This document shows, piece after piece, positions 28,501 to 40,500 of a stretch of 64,000 nucleotides of DNA. The DNA is taken from positions 6,748,201-6,812,200 of the forward strand of contig NC_092670.1 of NCBI RefSeq assembly GCF_964355755.1. Reading direction: 5' to 3'. Positions within the stretch are counted from its first letter, which is position 1; each line of letters starts with the position of its first letter. Both the position numbers and the translations under genes were made by a program. Below the pieces are notes generated by a model that was not told the DNA's origin, did no database searches, and saw only the letters and a list, made by a program, of their open reading frames with translations. Origin of the DNA: Antedon mediterranea (Eukaryota > Animalia > Echinodermata).

Positions 28501-31500
28501 TATGTATAAAGATTTGTGTTATCTTTTTATAATTATAGACATCGAAGCACCAGTGTTTACATTCTGTCCTGATAGTCAGTCAGTAAACACTACTAACGGA
28601 GAATATATCGGTGTTGCTACATGGAACACACCAACAGCTAGCGACAATTCAGAAACTTTACCAATTATCGTTGGCTCACACAACACCACATTTAAATTCC
28701 CAGCTGGGAATACACTGGTACAATACACTGCAACTGATCCATACGATAATGTTAATACGACGTGTACTTTTACCATTACAGTTGAAGGTATTCTTTTGAG
28801 TAATTTCTCTTGTTGATTCATTTCATAGTTATTATTACAATAACATTGATACTGTTTTTCCGTTATTTTCTTATAACTTGTTTTAAGATATTCTATATCT
28901 ACTCAGTACACTATGTAAAATACGATATTAAATACACGTGGATCTGAACTTTTCTCTGCCATGAGCCATCTGAATAAACATTGAAGCTATTTCATTTTAC
29001 AATTATGATAATATATGTTGTCATCATTTGTAATGTATACGTTATAAGCCTATGCCCCTGTGGCCGTTTTTTCACATGTATATATTCTGAGATACCTCTC
29101 CATTTCTTTTTTCTCCATGTTCTTCATATATATACATATATATATATATATATTTAAAGAATGCAAATAAAGAAAGAATGCATTACTGTACTTGTTTCAT
29201 TAAGTTATAATAATATCTAAAAAAACTTGAAATCACAGATAATGAAGCACCAATTATTACGTCTTGCCCTGACAATATTGAGACAACTACTGATACTATA
29301 ACAGATTCTACCACTGTGACTTGGACACCTATTACTACAGCTACCGACAACTCGGGTGTAGCACCAAACATCACTACTACTATTGAGCAAGGAGCAACAT
29401 TGGCCATTGGGAATCATACCGTTGATGTAACTGCAACCGACAGTTCTGGAAACATCAACACCACATGTTTTTTTAATATTGAAGTTTTAGGTAATAAATT
29501 ACATAATGTACTCATCCTTTGTATTGAAACTGCATGTAAATGTATTCTAATTTATTAACCCTTTAAATTAATTATTTTGGCCTTCAATATCTAATTATAA
29601 TCTAACTCAACCTGATTAGAGTATACTGGATTTCCCTATGGTAAAAATCAGTATCGAAATCAGTATCAGTACATATACCAGTTTACTGTATTTGACATTA
29701 TGTAAATTTATATATTTTTGCAGCTAAAACTATCCAAATAATCATCTTAATTTCCTTCTTGTAGATGATGTACCTCCTGTACTTACATGTCCAAATGATA
29801 TATTTGTTATGCTTGGAAATACAAGTTCTACCGTTGTTGTCAACTGGACACCAGCTAGTGTTTTTGATAATTCTGGGCTGGCTATAGTGCTTTATTCTTC
29901 ACCAAAGATGAGTGGTGACAAGTTTAATATTGGGACTTTTGTTATAACTTATACTGCCATTGATGCTTTTCACAATATAGCTACGTGTACCTTTACAATA
30001 ACTGTTAGAGGTAAATGAAAATCAACTCAATTTTTGTAATTTTATAGCGATTTAAACTTTACTGGTATAATAAGTACTTGGCTGTAGGCGACGCAATTAG
30101 CATAATACATTCCACTGGCTGCATAAAAAAGATTTATAATTCAAAGGTGCATGACCAAGTAGCTTGTCATATGATGCCAAATTGTAGAATGGTTATAAGG
30201 TCTGATATATCTGCTGACCCATATAAAATATCTAAAACTGTATTGATTTTTTTTATAGATTTGGAATTACCATATTTTGAAAAATGTCCGGAATCGTTTA
30301 CCGTAGGAACAGATCCTGGATTAGCAACAGCTAATGTGTCATGGGTTGAACCAGTTGCTATTGACAATAATGGTATAAACAGAACAGTGCAGAATTATTA
30401 TCCCAATCAGATGTACAATATTTCAACATACACTTTGATGTATATTGCTTATGATAACTCAAATAACAATGCAACATGTGAATTTGTCATTTCAGTGGAA
30501 GGTAGGTATAACGCAAGCATTTGAATACGCAATCATTTGAATACCTAAATATATTTTGAGATTGGTGAATTGATTCCTTATTTTTAAACATCTTTTTGTA
30601 ATTTGCACTTTATAAATTCAAAACCATTACCCATTCACACGTACAATACAAATGTAACAGAGCTTTCAGATGCTAGTTTTGTCATGGTCGGTATTATGTA
30701 AAATAAACGCCTAGATTGTTTCTGTCGTCTTGAAAATACTCGATTTAAGCTCAGGTATTATACGTAAGAAATATTAAGTTGAAACACTGTCTAGAACCTG
30801 GACTATATATAAACTCCATTTAAAAAAACTCATGACTCATTGGTGTCGAAGATACCGACCGTACATTTGTTTTAAGAGTTGACACAGAAACATTTTTACA
30901 CGTTTGTATCAAAGTTATCTGTAAATCGAGTATTAGTTATAGCCTACTTAGTTACTTAAATGCATATAATGGCAGGTTTACATCTTTCATACCCGGCTAA
31001 CTTATCTACCAGTACAACCGCAGTGTGTTTTAACCTAAAGAATAACACATGTTGTAGACTTATATAATATCAAAATGAAACATTGTTTTTTGTTCTTTCC
31101 AGATAAAGAATTTCCAAATATTATATGTCCTGATAATATAACAAAGGAAACAGATCCTGGAATAGCCTTGACATTAGTAACTTGGAATGTACCTGTACCA
31201 ACTGATAATGTAGCAATTTTGCCAACCAGCGCAGTGGCTATTCCTCTCGTTTCTCCTCCTGTACAAATTTCTATTACTGGTAATGTGGCATATGAGCAAG
31301 GTTACACAGCAGAAGATACTTCAGGGAACATTGCTTCCTGTACATTCTATATCACGGTTGAAGGTATTGTACATTCTTCAGTTTCTGAATCTCATGGTTT
31401 ACACTATTGTTTTAGAAAAACATGAGTATGTTGAAATCGACATCTTACAAGTATTAATATGTTGAAATTTACCAGGGACGACGTTGAATTGTTGCATTAA

Positions 31501-34500
31501 AATATACATTGGGTAATGGTAATATCTGTCAATCATGTGAGAGGTTGGGTTCAAAACCGTTACCATTTGTTTGTATCTCCAGTCAATGTTCTTTATACTC
31601 ATTGCCTCGTATCTCGTGCTTGATCTGTGTGTGTAAATTCTTCGTGGTACCATAAACGGTATGGTACATGATTAAAAAACCTATGGGATTATCTTCCATT
31701 TTGCTGATCGTGGTCCTATACACTAAGCCTACTGCGAGAGCAGTCTTTTACCGAAGAGGTCACCTCTGAATACACGATAGACAAGTCAGTAAAAGTGAGA
31801 TTTCTGTGGATACAATTTTAAGATAATCTGATTGCTGGTACAAAAGAAAAAAGAAATTCTAATAAATAATTTTCAACATGGTGTATAAATATTTTTTTAA
31901 CAGATAAAGAACCACCTGTGATTACTGACTGTCCTCCGGATATGAATTTGACAACATCTTCAGGTATAAACTATACTACTGCTACCTGGACAGAACCAAC
32001 GGCAGAAGATAATGCAGGAACTCCAAAACTTGTAACAACACACAGTAGTGGAAGCAAGTTTTACACAGGTGACACGATTGTAACATACACAGCCGAAGAT
32101 GGTTTTATGAATACTGCTACGTGTAATTTTACAATAAATGTACAAGGTTAGTGTTAAATTTTAATTAGTTACTACTTCTACTTTTTTTATATTTTATATA
32201 ATTCTTTAAAAAAATATTTCCAAAAATAAAAAACAAACAGGCATCACATAACAATGGTAATAAGATATCAAATGATGTAAAGAAATAATCTGGTATGTCA
32301 TCGTAAAATTAAAATGAAGAGTTCACAAAAAATGAACACAATTTAAGAGCATGTTATTCTTCTACAAGTGAAAATTAATAATTAATTGATGATTAATATG
32401 CTTACGATATTACTTTACTTTATTGCCAACAAAAACATAAACAATCATCATTAACAAAAGGAGATTATTAACTTCATATCCCAAAATGATGGTTTGATCA
32501 TTTAAACAAAAGTTATAAATCCTCATATTCTAACGATATCTCATATTGTTATTTATTAAGTTACACTCTTATAATAAATGTTTCACTGTATCACTTTTAC
32601 AATAGGAGAATGATTTATATATATATATATGTATAATTTGTTTAGATATTGAACCACCAGAGGCGTTGACCTGCCCAGAGAATGATACCTATAGTACAGA
32701 CCCTGGAGTTCCTTACAAAAAAGACATTAATTGGACAGTACCTGTATTCCAGGATAATGTACCTGGACTCTTAGATTACAGCAGTAATATAAATCCGTCA
32801 TCAAATACATTTCAACTCGGAACTACAATGGTGAAGTATGAATCTACAGACACATCAATGAACACTGGGTATTGTATTTTCTACATAACAGTCATTGGTA
32901 AGAAATTACATTGCTATATTTTTAAAATCCCTCCTCACTCCATAATGACCGCTATATTGGAGCCATTGATACCCATGTGCCTGCAGTGTGAACATGTGTA
33001 TAATGAACAAAAATGTACAAAATCTCTCTTCTTTTATAATAATAGATGATGAAAACCCACAAATATCCTGTCCTGACAATGTGAATATCCATGCTGGTGA
33101 CGGGTCATCTGGAGCGGTGGTCAAATGGTCACTGAATATCACCGATAACACCGATGACTTACGAGTGTCTGGGACCGGTACACAGTACAATCAATCTGGA
33201 CATGAGTTTCCAATTGGCGTTACAACATTAGAGTATGTGGTAACAGATGGATTTGGAAACATGGATAACTGCACTTTTACAGTAATTGTTATAGGTACGA
33301 CTTTTTATTCATTTGTTACGGTATACCATGAGAGTGTTATGCATCAAACCGCCACTTTCTTAACATAGCAAGCATTAAATACTGTTATGTTGTAATATCT
33401 AATATTTGAATTTATACTTTCTATAGATGAGCAAGATCCAGTATTTAAAACATGTCCAGATAGTATTATTACAGAAACTGATCCAAGGGCATCGACTACA
33501 CGTGTAAGTTGGGACACTCCTGACATTGAAGATAACTCAGGTCAAGTGTCACTAGTTGCGTCAACGAGTCCTGATAGTTCGTTTAATATTGGAACCACTT
33601 CTGTTGTATACATTGCTAGTGATAACAGCAATAACATTGCAATATGTTCATTTAATGTCACTGTTGAAGGTAATTCAGATAAAAGAATGTTTACAATAAT
33701 AATGTATTCGAAATGTTACAATATTACACAAAACCTAATTTATATGTATGTGCTGGACAAAAATAATTATTGACACAATTGTTGTTCTAATAGATACCGA
33801 AGCGCCTGTTTTAGAGTGTCCTCGTGACATCATTGATGTAGCAACCACCACATTGGGAATCCGCATTACTTGGCCAGATCCCAGATATACTGATAATTCG
33901 GAAAAATCTGTGAATATAAGTTCAACACGAACATCAGGAGATGTATTTACTTTTGGGACACATACTGTAACGTACACTGGAATTGACCAATCAGAAAACA
34001 GCGGTACATGTCAATTTGAAATCAAAATAGGAGGCAAGTATTATGAATGTTCAAAAGATTTTAATCTTTTGAACAGAAATTGATTGACACAGAAATCGGA
34101 AAGAAGTATTGTCTGAAAATTGTTTTCATTGAATCTTCACAAGTCAAGCCTGCTACATCAATGAAAAACCATTTTTAGACAATAATTTTTTTCCGCTTTC
34201 TGTGTCAACATAGTTATATAGTATCTAAGTGTGACGTAGTTAATGTACTGTACAATAAACCTCAAATAACCCAATTCAAGGATAGGTTAAATTTGTAATT
34301 CTCTGAATATTAAATAAGAATCAGATACAAAACTGGCACATTTGTATTATATTTAAGTTTGTTTGCTATTAAACAAATCAAAAGGGTCTTGTATAGGTTA
34401 TAATTGATGTTGCAATATTTATTTTCACAGATTCGTGTACTTCTTCACCTTGTCAAAATGGAGGAACCTGTGCACAGTTAGAGACAGACTTTGAATGCAA

Positions 34501-37500
34501 CTGTCCTGTATTATATGAAGGCAACTTATGTCAAATACCACCAGGTATCTATATAACCAAGTTGGTATTCTCGTAGTACTAGACCGAATTGTATCCTATT
34601 TGTTATTTTGCATTGTATCTAAAACTCCCTGTTTCACATTGTTATTTAGGAACGAGGGCCATTTCATTATTTTGAATGTTTTCTTATTATTTGCTAGCAG
34701 TAAAAACAAGCAATTATAGAATAATACATTTGTAACGATGATTCATGATGCATTTTTGCTTCACTTCTATTTAGTGAGGTTAATAATAAACAATAGGAAT
34801 TTGAAACCAATATATATGACCAATTTTCAAATACAACTAGTATACATTTATTACATAATATTTAGGTGAGCCAACAGCAGAAATTCAACCTTTATCGAAG
34901 AGTGTTAATTTGCAAAGTACAGTCACTTTTGAATGTATTATAACTTACTCAATTGATTGGCGTTGGTATAAAGACGACGTTGAACTCTCATCTGAAACAC
35001 AAAGTCTAAAGTTCCTCACAATTAATGAAGTTGGTCTGGAAAATCAAGGCTATTATTACTGCAAAGCGTTTGGAGTATCACCACATGATGGCGTAACAGA
35101 TAATTCAATGAAAGCAGTTCTTGTTGTTAAAGGTACACGTATTACAGTACTTACTTCAAAGCTACTAGAAAATAGACACAAATTGTAATTTAAGAAGGGA
35201 TCATTATAAAGATACTGTCTGTTCAGAGGTGCATTATGAAATAATTTGATATCCTCATAAGGAATATTTTCTATTAGTTTATATTTTCAAAAAAATAGTC
35301 CAGAGAAAAAAAATAGATATAGATATAAACTTGTAACTCTAAAAAAGGGAATAACACTCAGACATACGTGTTGATGCCATGTAATAACACTCAGATATAC
35401 GTGTTAATGCCATATAATAACACTCAGACATACGTGTTAATGCCATGTATACACTCAGACATACGTGTTAATGCCATGTAATAGCACTCAGACATACGTG
35501 TTAATGCCATGTAATAACACTCAGACATACGTGTTAATGCCATTTAATAACACTCAGACATACGTGTTAATGCCATGTAATAACACTCAGACATACGTGT
35601 TAATGCCATGTAATAACACTCAGACATACGTGTTAATGCCATGTAATAACACTCAGACATACGTGTTAATGCTACGTAATAACACACAGACATACGTGTT
35701 AATGCCATGTAATAACACTCAGACATACTTGTTAATGCCATCTAATAACACTCAGACATACGTGTTAATGCCATGTAATAACACTCAGACATACGTGTTA
35801 ATGCCATGTAATAACACTCAGACATACGTGTTAATGCCATGTAATAACACTCAGACATACGTGTTAAGCCTGGTTTCCATTAAAATCGCTACAGCGTTTC
35901 CATTAAAATCGCTACACGCGCGGATGTCGCCGACGCAATCGGGAATGCTCCCCGATTCATCGCAGTCAAATCGGCAAAGTTCAACCATGTTCAACTTTGC
36001 CGATTTTGTCGGCGATGAATAGTATACGCGTACCAAAGAATATTTAGCGCTCGCGTACTAGATCCCCGATAAATTCTAGCGTTTCCACAGAATCGCTACG
36101 CTCTGTCGTGTAGCGATTTTATGGAAACCAGGCTTTAAGGCCATGTAATAACACTCAGACATACGTGTTAATGCCATGTAATAACACTCAGACATACGTG
36201 TTAACGCCATGTAATAACACTCAGACATACGTGTTAATGCCATGTCGACCAATCAAGTTCTGGTATTTAATACCTTAATATAATACTTAGCGCTGTAATA
36301 AAACATTTGAGATCCACCGAGGGGTTTTCTTTGTCTTGGGTATCAAACTGTACAACGATAGAAAAGGCAGTATGTGTTATATTACATTTTCCCAGTTGTT
36401 TAGTCCTACTTTAGGTAAAAAAAGACTGTTTCCAGTTACTTAGATCAAATACGCACTGGAAACTTACCCCTATGCCTTTGTATTAACATAGAATGTGTAG
36501 TATTAGAAAACATATAAACTTATGTTAAGTAACATCAATTGAAGTTTATTTATGCATTCAACGAAAGGGTATAATTAAAATCTGTTTTCACATGTTATAG
36601 ATTATAACATTCATTATCAATATAGATTGCATTATATGAATATGATGTTTAGTATTCTTTAGAAATAGCTATTGCTATTGAATAATATGGTGCAGTACAA
36701 TTCTTACTAACTTTGTATCTATTATTATACAGATGCTATTGCTGTGCCAACAGTGTTAACTTTCCTAAATTTTCAATTTACTTCGGCAATGAACAACCCT
36801 TCCTCTGAAGAATTCAAAAACACTTCTACTATAATTGCAAATTTGGTAGGTTTTTATTAGTTTATTCTTTTTGAAAATGGTTAAAACATTATTTATTATA
36901 GCCTGAGCATATTATCGCCTTCTATGATTATTTTACATCTACAGTTTTCACATTATTTTAGGTTGTCAGTTTATTCATCTCTATTGATTGATTTTTATTG
37001 GATATTCAATCAAAATGGTAATGGATACAACATATACATAATAAAAAAAATAGACTGTTATTATCTTTTGATATAATTATACGCTTGAAAGAAAAGTTCA
37101 TGTCCGTGTCTTCCTAAATGTCCTGATGTCATACTTCCTTTTATGTTTACAGTTAACTGAGAGCATAAGTATAAGTGATATATTTGTTCAAGTTCGTACT
37201 CTAAGATCTGGAAGCGTGATTGCAAATATCAATATATACACACCAAGTTCGGATGTATCGTATGACAATTTCAGCAAAAGTTTATCAGAAGAGTTTACCA
37301 AGTTAGGAAATGAAGGAACTATAGATGCTGATAATATTGCCATATTTAGCACAGGTAAGAACTTGCATTTAGATTTTTGTTTTACGTTTTGTATAAAAAT
37401 GCATTTGAAATGAGAAAAATCATGGACCGTTATGTTGTTGTGTTTATATAATCCATTAAAAAAAAATGGGTTCATTTATTTATTTATTTATTAAAGAGAG

Positions 37501-40500
37501 TTGTGAAAAGGAGATAATAGATTACTTAACATTCGAAACTACGGATGCTGGTCAAAATGCATCCTCCAAGGAAGTTTGTCCAGAATCTAAAATTAATTGT
37601 AAGTTTGAATTTTCTATTATTTATAGAATATTATGTTTGGTAGAATAATTGCATGGATAAATGATTTTAACTAATGCATTATTTTCCTAATCTAAAAATC
37701 AAGTAAATTGTATCGTTTGTGTAAAGCAGCACATTAAATGATTGACTAAAGGACTGAGCACCAAACGCTTGGAATTAGTGATCAACTACTCACTTATTAC
37801 AAGACTGTAGTGAGTCTATTTCTTTTCACACCCGGAAGAGCCCATTGTAGTGATCATTAATTATAAGACTAAAATAATCTATCTTATTTCCCCAAATAGA
37901 TGGTACGTCACTTGGTTTGTGTACATGCTATAGTGATGGCCTGTCAGCTGCTGTTTGGCAAGATGTAATTTTACAAGACTGTGGTCGAGATGCTACAGCC
38001 GATGAACTTTTGGAAAGGTTAACTATGGTGAGTTACACATTTGTAGTGGAGTTAGATTGAATCAAAGAAAAGATAAAATAGTTTGCAATATTAACTACTT
38101 AATAATCTATTGAAACAAGTGCATGGAGTAAGAATAATGTTTACCATTTCTCTTACCTACTAACATCTGTTGTATTAGCAGGAATGATATTTCAACTTTA
38201 ATGTTCTGATATTAGAGATATTTCAAGTTCACTGCTCTGATATTATAAATATTAGTACAAATTCACTATTATTTTAATATTGATTAATAATTGATGTTAC
38301 TGTTACTGTTTTGTGTATTACAAATTAATTTATAATTTTTGTTTCTAATTATAATTATATCTGAAAAATGTTTAGTAGTCCCTTGAAACATACTTACATT
38401 CCATTATTTATCAACACCTTTTTCATACTATTATTTTTCTTTCGTGTATTATTGTTTACTTTATTTTGTGATTCTACTACAGCTCTTTGGTTTTTATTCG
38501 CGTGATTAACAGTAGCGTGTTAGCATGTAGCCCAGCCAGTGGCTAAAATCACAATATAAATGCAGGAACCCAATATGTATTTTATATTTGTGCAGGTGAC
38601 AGTTACTGAAGAAAATGCAGAGAAAGTAATTACAGCAGTCAACAACATTACAACAAGTGAATCAGACACTATTACACCAGATGGTTTGGAAGCAACTGCA
38701 GAAATTATTGAAAGTGTTACTTCTGTAAATTCAACATCTGCTGAAGTGAGTTTATTCACACTTAAAGAAAATATATTCTTCTACGATTTAAATTGTTGAT
38801 TAGAGTAGGGATAATAGTTTAAAAACACAAATTGTTATTTAATTTTAAAATTCCATTACAGGTGACATCAACTTTAGTTGACACTGTTGCTAGTCTTTTT
38901 AAAGTGGATGAGGAGGTTCTTTTAGAGAGTCAGATGGAAACACAAGCTCCAAGTAGAATTGTTGAATCTCTTGAAGAACAATTAGCAGTTGTTGATCTTG
39001 AAAATGATAAATATGAATTTGTAACGAGCAGTGTAGCAGTACAAGCTCAGAATGTAAAAACCAATGAACTCGAAAACACTGGGATTGGATTTGCATCTTA
39101 TCAATCGGCAGATACTAGTGTAATAGTAAATGTGACAGGATTTAGTGAGGAGGATGAACTAGATAATTCCGCATCTGTCAGTATCTACATTCCTTCGACA
39201 ATTACTGAAATGTTTGCAACATCTAATGGTATGTTGTTAACAGTCTAGTAATATTTCTTTTGTGACCGTGTAAATGTCATTATAATTATCTTATCAACAT
39301 CATTGGTTTTCGAAAATAGGAGTGTACTGTACATTAAAGCCCAATGCAAAATTATGTCAATTGAACAACGTGAGTTTATAAAAGAACAGAAAATATATTT
39401 ATTTAGTATTACTCGCCAGAAAATGTATCTTTTTTTTAACAGGATCAAGAGCTGCTTTTCGTATTGTTACAGTAGTATATAATGATAGTTCACTCTTTCC
39501 GACAAACCAGTTTAATACTGACAGGCGACCCAATGGTCAAGTAATTTCATTGTCAATACCTGGAGTAGAATTGAACAATTTATCAGATCCAATTATTACA
39601 ACATTTATACCTGCTGAGGTAAGTAGACAACCTGTTTCTAGAGTCTAGTATTTTACATTTAAATTACAGAATACATAAAGCATGATATTCTTCCTTATCT
39701 TCTATACATATCTTGAATAGAAATATTACTTAGGAACGTCATAAATTTAAGATCATAATAGTTAACTTCTCTAATTAGACTATGAATTTATTGTTTTAGA
39801 AATGTTACATTTAAGATACACACATATTGTTAATCTCCCAATAAACACTCTAGTTGTAATAAGTACTTTGTGTATAGAGATGTTACATTTAAGATCCTAA
39901 TAAATATAATGGAATATGAATATTATTTGTGGGGATATTACATATCCTATTGAATGTAAACTTCTCTCACTTGACTAATGCATATCATGTAATGTTACAT
40001 TGAAAATCATAATGATACAATTTTATAACTGGAAGTATCTCTTCTGAAAGAATCACAAACTGGTACAGAGGTATTTTAATATTATACCATATACAAAAAA
40101 ACATCGCAGTACATGTAATAAGGTTAGACAAACTAATGTATAATGACAGTAACGTGTGATGTCTGGTTTACCTTTCATGTATATACAGTTTGTATAATTT
40201 GATTTTCCTACTTCTAGATATCCGCAAATAATAACGAGACAGCCTGTGTGTTCTGGGATTTTGATCTTGATGGTAATGGTGGATGGTCAAGTGCTGGATG
40301 TTACTTAGCTAATGGATCATTGGATGGCAGTGACAGACAAATTTGTCATTGCGACCATTTAACCAATTTTGCAATTCTTATGGTAAGTTATGGGAGGATA
40401 TAAATTCTTATAGCATAACACTCAATTTGTTTTATTACTTAGTATGTGACACATTTTTTATTAAATAATTATGCACCAGCATGGCAAACATTTTAAAATA

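Noticed and set aside
31480-31790. Possible tRNA-derived SINE (B-box-like GGTTCAAAACC near 31548)
   Set aside because: No convincing A box, tail or TSD; too degenerate to call.
12807-33977. Many minus-strand ORFs over the HYR region
   Set aside because: Antisense shadows of HYR exons with no independent motifs.
4267-34083. Reading the HYR ORFs as an array of separate small genes
   Set aside because: Homology is bounded exactly by phase-1 splice sites; ORF starts and tails are intronic.
35465-36022. 185-aa ORF of [11 protein letters not shown] repeats
   Set aside because: Translation of the 33-bp minisatellite plus MITE inside an intron; no splice support.
35350-36245. CRISPR-like appearance of 33-bp repeats
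   Set aside because: Head-to-tail units without unique spacers, no cas genes, eukaryotic intron.
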